A stretch of 40,393 nt of DNA from a virus (lineage: Duplodnaviria > Caudoviricetes): positions 1 through 40,393 of the IMG/VR virus record IMGVR_UViG_3300020045_006075, one strand, 5' to 3'. Shown here piece by piece: positions 16,908 to 24,662 of the stretch. Each line of letters starts with the position of its first letter. The stretch's first letter is position 1. Under the pieces are notes generated by a model, which searched no databases, was not told where the DNA came from, and saw nothing but the letters and a program-made list of their open reading frames with translations. Both the position numbers and the translations under genes were made by a program.

Positions 16908-17928
16908 TTTCTTCTTCCAATATTTCAGGATTTTGTTTAACTTTTAATTTAGCCAGTTCTACATATTCATCAAATCTTGGGAAACCTCGCTTGATTTCCT
17001 CTATCACTTCTAAATTTAACTTAGTCATTTTATCCCCGTTGACTACCCTCTTAAAAACTCTGTTCCATTTACTCGCCACAGGGCTAAACATATCTTGATA
17101 TTCCATTTGTTCTTTAAAGCCATAAATCTTAGTTAAGTAAACCGAATAACCGACTTTCCAGTTATAACTAAATCTCAAACTATCCTCGTCAAAGGTCAAT
17201 AGTTCCTCTTTTGGCGGTTCTAAATCATCATTAAAATATTTGGTCATAGTTTCAATATCTTTCTTATAGATTTCCTCTATCGGGCTTGGATTAAATACTC
17301 CTAACTCAAGCATACGGCAATCGTCCTTACAGATATAAATAATATGCCCCTCTGGTAGATTCTTGGCTTTAAGGTAATGATAGAGTTGGAGTTTGTGTCC
17401 GAGGTTGGCTTCCCCAGTTCTTAAATAACTTTCAAACATAAAAGAAGATACGCTTTTAACCTCTAAGACAAGCGTTTCTAGTCCATAGGGGTAAGTTTTA
17501 CTAAGATACTCAATAATTTCGTTTGTAGCCCGTTTAAAGATGTCTGGTAACGATAATCCTTCCATTTCCACTTGGGCTTTTTCCCAATCAGGCTTTCCCC
17601 CCGCAAGGTGGTCTAATCTACCCGAAACTTTTAACAAGTTAGGATATTGATAATCTAAATGTTCTTGGCTGTTGATAAGTATTCCCGCCCTTTTTAAAAT
17701 CAACTCAACTATCCACTCAAATATATTTCCAGCTTCAAATTTTCTTAAACTTCGCATATTAGGGGGATTGGTATAAGCTACACCTTTCATTTTGTAGTAG
17801 CGGTCAATAAATGCCCCGCCTACTTCACTAGCATAGATATAATCTCTTGGGGCAAGTTTTCTGTCGGTCTTGCCTTTTTCAATGCTAGTATTCCAAACTT
17901 GACTAAAAGACCATTTTAAGTTGTTCAT
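16894..17928 (-). CDS. Cas4/RecB-like PD-(D/E)xK exonuclease
   Basis: YASEVG...RYY, F..GN.FE, SGRLD, LEVKS, H..QL..Y. Confidence 0.8.
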   Translation of the reverse strand: MNNLKWSFSQVWNTSIEKGKTDRKLAPRDYIYASEVGGAFIDRYYKMKGVAYTNPPNMRSLRKFEAGNIFEWIVELILKRAGILINSQEHLDYQYPNLLKVSGRLDHLAGGKPDWEKAQVEMEGLSLPDIFKRATNEIIEYLSKTYPYGLETLVLEVKSVSSFMFESYLRTGEANLGHKLQLYHYLKAKNLPEGHIIYICKDDCRMLELGVFNPSPIEEIYKKDIETMTKYFNDDLEPPKEELLTFDEDSLRFSYNWKVGYSVYLTKIYGFKEQMEYQDMFSPVASKWNRVFKRVVNGDKMTKLNLEVIEEIKRGFPRFDEYVELAKLKVKQNPEILEEENENN

Positions 17929-18051
17929 TATTTTTGTCTTAACTTTTAATTTAATAACTTGGGAGAGGAGAAGTATCTGCCCTTTCTACTTCTTCCTCGC
18001 CCCAGTTATTAAACTGGGGAAACAATATACTGTTCCTACCTGCTTAATATC

Positions 18052-18079
18052 ATTATAAATGATATGATCTATAAAGCAA
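18052..18079 (-). promoter_or_regulatory. Sigma70-like promoter with operator copy 2
   Basis: TTGCTT-16-TATAAT. 18053-18074 matches the palindrome at 20/22. Confidence 0.8.
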
Positions 18080-18099
18080 TGGGCAAATATCATAATGCA

Positions 18100-18402
18100 T
18101 TATTTTCTAACTGCCGATAATGGTTTCTCGGTAAAATGTAAATCCCTTTCAATACCTAATCCAAAAGTTCCCACATAACTTTCCAACTCGTCTAAACTAA
18201 AATAACCGAGTTCGTCATTATCATCGCCAAAGATTGATACAAATCCAAAAAACTCTTTTCTTTCTGGGTCGTATTCTGTAGCATACCAAGTTCCCGCCCC
18301 CGTGGGATTAAAGAACTTACAAATAATAATTGGGTCGGCAACACTTTCTTGCGAGCCAACTTTCGCAAACCTTTCAAGGATTTCCTTTGTGAGTAGTTTC
18401 AT
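18100..18402 (-). CDS. DUF2958 family protein
   Basis: KFF.P.G..TWY.TE......FFG.V......ELGYFSL.EL......L.IERD. Confidence 0.85.
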   Translation of the reverse strand: MKLLTKEILERFAKVGSQESVADPIIICKFFNPTGAGTWYATEYDPERKEFFGFVSIFGDDNDELGYFSLDELESYVGTFGLGIERDLHFTEKPLSAVRK

Positions 18403-18405
18403 ACT

Positions 18406-18699
18406 TTAGTTTTCCTTTGTTTCAAAGTCGGGGGTTACATTTTTCCACCCGTCTTGTAAATAATAATTTTTGATTTCATCATATTTAATATGTCCGATTA
18501 ATTTGTCGGGGAGTTCGTAGTAAATAGTTCCAATTTGTCCATTGGTAGAAACTATATAAGCTTTTTCCTCAGGCATATTTTTTCTTTCTTCAAAAGGAAG
18601 TTTGATAAGTTTTCGGTAGTATTCCCTAGTCGGACCTTTAAATAAAGTTAGTTGAAAAGTTTTTCCGTCTTTGTTTAATAAAATTGATTTTTGTTTCAT
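18406..18699 (-). CDS. Hypothetical protein
   Basis: Coupled ORF in the early operon. Confidence 0.65.
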   Translation of the reverse strand: MKQKSILLNKDGKTFQLTLFKGPTREYYRKLIKLPFEERKNMPEEKAYIVSTNGQIGTIYYELPDKLIGHIKYDEIKNYYLQDGWKNVTPDFETKEN

Positions 18700-19097
18700 A
18701 ATTGTTTTCCGTTACGATAAACAGTAATAACTCCATTTTTAACTACAATCCCGTTTGCTCTTGCCTTGTTTCGCCAATTTCTAGTTTGGAACTTCTTATA
18801 TCTTTTAGGAATAGGTTGTCCTAATTCTTTCATAACCTTTCGCCATTTGTCAGTATGTCCGTCCTTGGCGATTAAGTGGGCTAATTCGTGCCAAGAAGTT
18901 CGGCTTGGTTCACCCTTTGGATTAAAAACCCTTTTCATTGATAAAAAGCAAATCCAACCGCAACTTGGGTCGTGGCAATTACAGTGGGCGTGGGCAATAT
19001 GTCTAAATCTTGAACCCTCGCCCCGAGTAACACAACCACCGACAAAAGCCCCTTTAAATTCGGGGTATTTTTCAAATTGTTCAATCTTTATAATCAT
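18696..19097 (-). CDS. SprT/zincin-like metallopeptidase domain protein
   Basis: HELAH.....GH...W...M..LG. Confidence 0.75.
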   Translation of the reverse strand: MIIKIEQFEKYPEFKGAFVGGCVTRGEGSRFRHIAHAHCNCHDPSCGWICFLSMKRVFNPKGEPSRTSWHELAHLIAKDGHTDKWRKVMKELGQPIPKRYKKFQTRNWRNKARANGIVVKNGVITVYRNGKQL

Positions 19098-19103
19098 AAG
19101 AGT

Positions 19104-19131
19104 ATTATAAATGATATCATTTATAAGTCAA
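19104..19131 (-). promoter_or_regulatory. Sigma70-like promoter containing a perfect 22-bp palindromic operator
   Basis: TTGACT-16-TATAAT with TTATAAATGATATCATTTATAA at 19105-19126. The ATG is only 6 nt after the -10 box, so the mRNA is probably leaderless. Confidence 0.85.
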
Positions 19132-19146
19132 TGACTAAATTAACCC

Positions 19147-19479
19147 CTATTCTTTCCGAGTATCTTCTTTTTTCCCGAACCGCCAAAAAAATAACTTTAT
19201 TTTCCCTTCATCGGTTAAAGGTTTGGTATAGTCCACTAAAAACGAATAACACTTTTCTAACTTCCCCGACCGACCCGAATTAAAAGCCCTCTTAAATAGG
19301 GATAACCATTTTGGTAGGTCTTTCTTATTTCTTTTAAAATCTATTTTTAACTTTTCGGCAATTTCAAAGGCTTTGTCTTGCCACTCGTAGGCACAGTGCT
19401 TTTTCTTGGTGATTTCAAATTTCTTTAGACAATCACCGATACTTTCTACTTTTTTCTTTTTGTAGTAAGTTATATCCAT
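19147..19479 (-). CDS. Hypothetical basic helical protein
   Basis: 110-aa ORF, second gene after the structured element. Confidence 0.7.
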   Translation of the reverse strand: MDITYYKKKKVESIGDCLKKFEITKKKHCAYEWQDKAFEIAEKLKIDFKRNKKDLPKWLSLFKRAFNSGRSGKLEKCYSFLVDYTKPLTDEGKIKLFFWRFGKKEDTRKE

Positions 19480-19480
19480 A

Positions 19481-19693
19481 TTAAAATAAAGTTTCCCTTT
19501 GTAACTTCTTGCGTTCTTTCATAGCCAAAAAACTTTCAGGAGTAAAAATATCTACACTCCACCTTTGCATATTCCCGTCCCAATGTTTAACCAATACGAA
19601 CCCGTTAATTTCTAAACTCTCATATTGTTCTTTGTCTTGTTTAAAGAACCTTAATAAAAAGTTTCTTTTATTGTCTTTACTTATATTACTCAT
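19481..19693 (-). CDS. Hypothetical protein
   Basis: 70-aa ORF, first gene after the structured element. Ends in ..TLF. Confidence 0.7.
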   Translation of the reverse strand: MSNISKDNKRNFLLRFFKQDKEQYESLEINGFVLVKHWDGNMQRWSVDIFTPESFLAMKERKKLQRETLF

Positions 19694-19714
19694 AACTGTA
19701 TTAATAAATAATTT

Positions 19715-20019
19715 TCCCCTGTAGTTTTGATAATACTTCCCCTTCGGTTTCCCAAAGGATACGCATAATTAACTACATTGTTTTTTAATAATTTAGTTTT
19801 AAGAAGTTTTAATTTTCCCGCCTAATTTTAGAGCTAAGGTCACGCCCAGATTATCAATAGTGGTCGCCCACACAACACTCAGACTCGTCCAGTTGTAGTT
19901 TAACCGAGTAAGGTTTCCCTTTTGTGTTGTCTTCCCCCTGTCTTATTGCCTACGCCTTTAAGACAGCCTACGAACGGTCAGGTATATCCTGGTTGGAGTT
20001 AACTAAATTATTAAAGAAC
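19715..20019 (-). ncRNA. Candidate large structured RNA (or ssDNA element), family unrecognised
   Basis: Perfect 15-bp closing stem (20001-20015 with 19784-19798), nested helices, and three GNRA tetraloop hairpins readable only on the minus strand. No credible minus-strand ORF. Confidence 0.75.
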
Positions 20020-20029
20020 TTTTTGGGTC

Positions 20030-20113
20030 AAAAAATACCCCCGACTTTTTGTTGGCACAAGAGGTATCGGGAGTAGTTGATATATTATAGTTGAAAATTC
20101 CCACTTGTGCCAT
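20030..20113 (-). promoter_or_regulatory. Attenuator-like leader: terminator hairpin with a pseudoknot-forming loop
   Basis: UACUCCCGA/UCGGGGGUA followed by U6. The loop CUUGUGCCA is complementary to upstream UGGCACAAG. Confidence 0.65.
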
Positions 20114-20250
20114 AGTAAGATTATTATGCCCCATTTTTAATAAAAAAGTGGGGGTAAATCAATATCAAATTATGTCAAATAGGGTTTTGACCAAAAAAAA
20201 TCCCCTCAGCTCGTTTTTTATATAAACTCACCAAAAGGAATAAATCTATA

Positions 20251-20580
20251 TTACTCTCTTACTTCCGACTTGTCAATAAAGCCATAGTTAACCAAACTCT
20301 CTTTCATTTGTTTTCTGGCTAGTCCGAATAAAAGCATTACATCTTTGTTGACCTCGGCATCTTTGGATTTCTCTAAAATTCCATTACAAATCATTTGAAT
20401 TTTCATTGGGATAGATTTCACTTGTTCTTTGACTATTCGGCACTCATCACATAACTTGGGTAAAATTAGTTCAGATTTTAATTCCTCGGACTTTTTTTTG
20501 AGATAATTAAACTGAGCTGGTAACATTACAAACTCTTTTTTACATCTCTTACATTTTATTTTGATATCCATTTGTTTCAA
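20251..20580 (-). CDS. Zinc-ribbon protein (zf-trcl-like)
   Basis: D..I.CKRC.KEF.....Q..Y........PKLCDECR. Confidence 0.75.
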   Translation of the reverse strand: MKQMDIKIKCKRCKKEFVMLPAQFNYLKKKSEELKSELILPKLCDECRIVKEQVKSIPMKIQMICNGILEKSKDAEVNKDVMLLFGLARKQMKESLVNYGFIDKSEVRE

Positions 20581-20727
20581 AACTTTTAAAATAACAGGTC
20601 AAATACAACTATACACATAACTTACAAGTTCACGACTTAGTAAGTGGGACAGAGCATAAAAGTATTCTAAAAAACTAGACTTTATTTTATATGTTTTTAT
20701 CGTCTTGTTTTTTGTCCCTGTTTAATA

Positions 20728-20736
20728 ATTATATCA
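20728..20736 (-). promoter_or_regulatory. Extended -10 promoter (TGATATAAT)
   Basis: Perfect TGnTATAAT followed by a structured ~130-nt leader. Confidence 0.55.
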
Positions 20737-20742
20737 TCAACT

Positions 20743-21045
20743 TTACCTTTTTTTACAATGTTTTTTTCTAATTTGAAATTTCCAGTTGTCAGCTCTCTGT
20801 AATTCAAATAGTTTGTCATTGAAGTCTAATCGGTGATGAAGTTCCTCGTGGTCAGTTTTCTTTATGGGAATTAAATTGCTTACTTGGTCAATATCATAAT
20901 CTAGTGGGACTAAATCTCCCCTATCGTGTTTACAAATTATGTGGTGGCAATTATAGTTTTTGTTATTAGGGTTAATTCCATAAATCTCAAACACCCTATT
21001 TCTGTTCTGGAGGTATATTTCTTTTTCCGTCATTTCCCCAATCAA
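20743..21045 (-). CDS. HNH-like endonuclease
   Basis: HHII......NLIPI...DH..LH. Confidence 0.7.
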   Translation of the reverse strand: MIGEMTEKEIYLQNRNRVFEIYGINPNNKNYNCHHIICKHDRGDLVPLDYDIDQVSNLIPIKKTDHEELHHRLDFNDKLFELQRADNWKFQIRKKHCKKR

Positions 21046-21220
21046 TGGTAACTTTTAACCCGAAATAATCCATTAGAAAACTCTCACTAACTCCCTCTAA
21101 ATTAACCCTATTAGTAACCGTTCTGCTTATCTCTTTGTCAAGACAACCGTTCTCATCTGTGGTGGTATTTACTGTTGTGGTGGTTTCACTAATTATTTCC
21201 ACTTTCGGTGCTTTCTCCAT
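20996..21220 (-). CDS. Hypothetical protein
   Basis: ORF in an overlapping small-gene cluster. Confidence 0.6.
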   Translation of the reverse strand: MEKAPKVEIISETTTTVNTTTDENGCLDKEISRTVTNRVNLEGVSESFLMDYFGLKVTIDWGNDGKRNIPPEQK

Positions 21221-21422
21221 TTAGGTTGTTTAAATCATAACGAACTGGTTTTAAGTGCAATTCTTTATCAAGTTGTTGTCTTAATAAATCAGTATTAACT
21301 GTTTTTGAATTAGCTTCTGTTTGGGAAATTAAATTCATCAAGGCTAATATATGGTCGTAGTCTAGTTTTTCAGAGTTTGTCATAGGGTTCTCCTGTGTTT
21401 TGATTAATAAGTTTTGGAACAT
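21189..21422 (-). CDS. Hypothetical protein (likely start MTNSE)
   Basis: AGGAG upstream of the internal ATG. Confidence 0.6.
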   Translation of the reverse strand: MFQNLLIKTQENPMTNSEKLDYDHILALMNLISQTEANSKTVNTDLLRQQLDKELHLKPVRYDLNNLNGESTESGNN

Positions 21423-21582
21423 CTGTTACTCTTAGGGCTTTCCTAAAAGTTGGACAACAAGCAATGTTTTTTTTCACTTCAACTTCACCATCATAAACGG
21501 GGACTATTACCTTTTGCCTTTCACCAATCCCTTCGCAAAACTTAGATGGTTGGCATAAATAACATCGTTCTATTTCTTTCAT
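21370..21582 (-). CDS. Small Cys-rich protein
   Basis: CYLC....C...CCP. Confidence 0.6.
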   Translation of the reverse strand: MKEIERCYLCQPSKFCEGIGERQKVIVPVYDGEVEVKKNIACCPTFRKALRVTDVPKLINQNTGEPYDKL

Positions 21583-21710
21583 TTAAATAATAAATAAATA
21601 ACTCCGAAAAGAAAACACCAAACAAAAATAGATATTACAGTTCCGAAAACTGCATCGTCTTGTTCGTCTCTTTCTTTTTTAGCTCTTTCTATGGGGGATA
21701 GTTTTTTCAT
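21579..21710 (-). CDS. 43-aa single-TM protein (not in ORF track)
   Basis: MKKLSPIERAKKERDEQDDAVFGTVISIFVWCFLFGVIYLLFK*, with ATGA overlaps at both ends. Confidence 0.7.
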   Translation of the reverse strand: MKKLSPIERAKKERDEQDDAVFGTVISIFVWCFLFGVIYLLFK

Positions 21711-22627
21711 TTTTTTCCAAATGTTATTAATCTTGGTGTAAACTCTCTGACCGTTTCACCGTTAGTCTTGGCTTCAACTATCCAACCACCAATATTGGAA
21801 GTCAAACCAAGTCGTTTTTCAAACTGTAATGATTGGTCTTTAAAGCAGGGAGTTTGTAGGAAGTGAATACCACGATAGTTTAGGTATAAACTATTATGAT
21901 AATGTCCGTAAGTTAAAATATCTGGCAAGTCATCTGGGGGCATAGCATTGATATTTCTCTGGGCTTTATAACTTACCGCATAAGCCTGTGAACCTAAAGG
22001 GTGTAACATATCCATATTTACTTTATCCGCCATTTTTACTCTAGCCGAATACTGTCCAATATAAGTGATGTCTTTTCTGGCTCTAGCTAATTGAACTAAT
22101 GGGTCAGCCCCGTATTTTTCGTACATTTTAAGGTCGTGATTACCTGAGATAGCAATAGTCTGAATTCCTGCCCGTTTAGGATAATGTTTAATTGCATAAT
22201 CAATCTGGGCTTGTTGTCCAAAGGTGTGTTGTTCAAATTCTTGACCTTGATAGACTCCACTCCCGTCAGTTAAATCCCCAACGTGAAAGACAGTCCTTAT
22301 CCCCGCTTGTTGGAAACGGTCGTACATCACCTCTAAGGCGTCTAATCTTTCAAATTTAGAGCCGAGGTGAGTATCGCTAACTATTCCAAAATTAAGTAGT
22401 CCATCTTTAAATAATTTACTGGCATCAAAGTTTACTTTTCCCTCATTGGATTTACTGCGGACATAAACACCGTCTACCTTTACAAATTTAAAACCGTCCT
22501 CAATTAAAGTATCAATTACTTTTACTACTTCTCCGACTTCGGTCTTATATTTCTCGGCTAATATTTCGGGGGTAAATTCACCCCTTTGTTTCAGAACTTC
22601 GTGAGGAAGATTTATTTCTTTAGACAT
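21707..22627 (-). CDS. Calcineurin-like metallophosphoesterase with N-terminal wHTH
   Basis: SDTHLG, GDLTDG, GNHD, H, GHYH. Confidence 0.92.
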   Translation of the reverse strand: MSKEINLPHEVLKQRGEFTPEILAEKYKTEVGEVVKVIDTLIEDGFKFVKVDGVYVRSKSNEGKVNFDASKLFKDGLLNFGIVSDTHLGSKFERLDALEVMYDRFQQAGIRTVFHVGDLTDGSGVYQGQEFEQHTFGQQAQIDYAIKHYPKRAGIQTIAISGNHDLKMYEKYGADPLVQLARARKDITYIGQYSARVKMADKVNMDMLHPLGSQAYAVSYKAQRNINAMPPDDLPDILTYGHYHNSLYLNYRGIHFLQTPCFKDQSLQFEKRLGLTSNIGGWIVEAKTNGETVREFTPRLITFGKK

Positions 22628-22657
22628 AAAAAAACGGCTACCATTTTCGGGTAGCCG
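22628..22657 (-). terminator. Rho-independent terminator-like hairpin abutting the phosphoesterase ATG
   Basis: CGGCTACC-7-GGTAGCCG-TTTTTTT-ATG. Confidence 0.7.
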
Positions 22658-22799
22658 ATATTGTTTAAATTTCTAATTTTAACTTTACTCATATTTTTAG
22701 CAACAATCTTGACTGATTGCTAATAAACTGATATACTTTTATATAAAACCTACATTGATACATAAAAAAGTATCTAGCTCCCCAGCTTTTGTAGGTTTT

Positions 22800-23102
22800 T
22801 TATTTGTCTAAAATCGTTCTTTTGCCAAGGTCATAAAAGCCCCCAGCCGAAAGTCCAATAATCAAACAAGCAATAATAGATTGATAAAGAGTAAAACTCT
22901 CCATCAATAAAGGAAAGGCAATAAAGCCTAAAATAAGGTTAACAATAGGTGAAAACCTACTATCTAATCCTACTTTTTTTAATAAAGAATTTATCCCAAT
23001 TATTACAGGGATAATCCCAACTATTAAATTAGCACCGTTTAATATAATATCCATTTTATTTTTTAATAAATAACTTTTTAAGACCAAAGATAATGTGTTC
23101 AA
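22800..23102 (-). CDS. Holin (likely start MDIIL)
   Basis: Three TM segments, LKKVG...RF.P and GLSAGG.YD, directly after the endolysin. Confidence 0.85.
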   Translation of the reverse strand: MNTLSLVLKSYLLKNKMDIILNGANLIVGIIPVIIGINSLLKKVGLDSRFSPIVNLILGFIAFPLLMESFTLYQSIIACLIIGLSAGGFYDLGKRTILDK

Positions 23103-23982
23103 TAGGAGTCATCTGTACATTTTCCTCAATCAGTTTTTCTAGTTCTTCATTGACTCTTAACAACTCATCTTTTACTGCGTTTAATTCTTTACATTTATTG
23201 TCATACAAGTTCCAATTATCCTTAGCTTTTCTATCTAATTCCGAAATTGTTAAATTTAATTCGTCAATCTTAGAGTTAGCAGTCATAATGGCTTTCTGCT
23301 GAACAACTATCTGTTTTTCTTTTTCTACAAAATTTAGCTTTAATTCAGCTATTAAAGATGAATTATCAGCCATTTGTTTTTCTAAATCACTCACTTTATT
23401 AGTAAGTCTTAAAATTTGTTCATCAATTTTAGGCTTATCGTTTAAATATCCAAAAGCCTCACGAACATCACCCTCACTTTTACCAGCCAAGAAGTCTAAA
23501 ATTCTTTTTTGTTCTTCTGTTATTTCCATAACATTAATTATACTCTTTGCCATATTAACAAGTCTATCAATATCTAAAGTTCCAGGGCATTGAGTGGCTT
23601 TAATTTCTCGGTGTCCTTTAATATGTTCTCTGTCAATCGGAATAGAATATCTTTGACAAATTTCATTTATTAATCTAGCCGAAGTTTGATAGGTTGTTTC
23701 ACTAATAGGTAAATCGGGTCCACCCTCGTGTTCTATCCCTATTGATTGGCGATTAACAGTTAAATTACCAGCGTGCCAAGCGGTATCTTCTTCTTTTACA
23801 TATTGGTGAATTTCGTCATCGCCTATTCCATAATGAGCCGAAGCCAATCTGGTAGGATTTTGAAATGTAGCATCACAACTTTCTAATGTACCAACAATCC
23901 AATGAACTATTATTTTGTCTATTTTTTCACCGTTTCTACCAACTCCGTAATTATTTTTATTTGCAGGAACTTGTTTAATCAT
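23056..23982 (-). CDS. Endolysin: N-acetylmuramoyl-L-alanine amidase (Amidase_2) with C-terminal coiled coil
   Basis: IIVH, SAHY.I, AWHAG...N..SIGIE, GH......CPG. Confidence 0.95.
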   Translation of the reverse strand: MIKQVPANKNNYGVGRNGEKIDKIIVHWIVGTLESCDATFQNPTRLASAHYGIGDDEIHQYVKEEDTAWHAGNLTVNRQSIGIEHEGGPDLPISETTYQTSARLINEICQRYSIPIDREHIKGHREIKATQCPGTLDIDRLVNMAKSIINVMEITEEQKRILDFLAGKSEGDVREAFGYLNDKPKIDEQILRLTNKVSDLEKQMADNSSLIAELKLNFVEKEKQIVVQQKAIMTANSKIDELNLTISELDRKAKDNWNLYDNKCKELNAVKDELLRVNEELEKLIEENVQMTPIEHIIFGLKKLFIKK

Positions 23983-24000
23983 TTTAATTTAAACTGATAA

Positions 24001-24438
24001 CTATTGAACCACAAATGATTTCGTGTGGTTTATTATTTTTATGGTTCTAATTGGATTTACTTTGTACTCCGCTACTGTTTTTATCGTATAGGTTCCAGCT
24101 GGTAGGGCTTTAGGAACATAAGCGTCAGAAATAATCTCTCCACAACCCACAGGAATAATACTTTGGGATTTTGGAGTTTCAAAAATAACTCCGTCAACAA
24201 AAAATTTAGTAATCATAGGTGAAACATCAACCCACTTGCAGTATTTAATGACATATCTAACCCTATCACCTCGTTTTACCACTGGATTGACTATCTCAAA
24301 GGGAGTTTCAAACTCTGCTATTTTATAAGGATAGACTAGCCAAAAAGTAATCAAAAGCATAAGTACCATAGACGAGGATAATGTTAGCCAAGAAAAAGCA
24401 TAGAGTATTCTTTTTTTTGCTGATTGTATATTTTTCAT
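24001..24438 (-). CDS. Membrane-anchored protein of the lysis region
   Basis: N-terminal TM helix followed by a beta-rich domain with two cysteines. Confidence 0.65.
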   Translation of the reverse strand: MKNIQSAKKRILYAFSWLTLSSSMVLMLLITFWLVYPYKIAEFETPFEIVNPVVKRGDRVRYVIKYCKWVDVSPMITKFFVDGVIFETPKSQSIIPVGCGEIISDAYVPKALPAGTYTIKTVAEYKVNPIRTIKIINHTKSFVVQ

Positions 24439-24662
24439 TTTTTTAATAAAAATATTAAACCTGATAAAGCAGTTAAAAATTCAATCAGTACAAATGTAAC
24501 TAGACCGTTGACCAGTTTCTTTTGGTTGCCGTATTCTGAGTTCACCCACTCTTTGGTGGCGTAATTAGAGTCTAGTTTTAGTTTTATGTCCGTCACATCT
24601 TTACCTATATATTCTATATCTTTTATTAGTTTTGCGATATCTGTATCGTTTTTAGTTGTCAT
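24435..24662 (-). CDS. Small coiled-coil + C-terminal TM protein (XhlA/holin-like)
   Basis: Heptad pattern followed by a hydrophobic C-terminus. Confidence 0.65.
   Translation of the reverse strand: MTTKNDTDIAKLIKDIEYIGKDVTDIKLKLDSNYATKEWVNSEYGNQKKLVNGLVTFVLIEFLTALSGLIFLLKK

Noticed and set aside
16894-17928. Cas4-like gene as part of a CRISPR system
   Set aside because: No repeat-spacer array or other cas genes were seen. Solo Cas4-like exonucleases are common in phages.
19715-20019. tRNA, tmRNA, hammerhead or group I/II intron identity for the structured element
   Set aside because: No T-loop GTTCRA or cloverleaf, no CUGANGA core, no interrupted host gene, and no recognisable intron catalytic motifs by eye. 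An Rfam search is still needed.
20151-20178. Fourth copy of the promoter-operator (TTGACA-TAATTTGATATTGATT)
   Set aside because: The spacer only loosely resembles the palindrome and the -10 position reads TACCCC.
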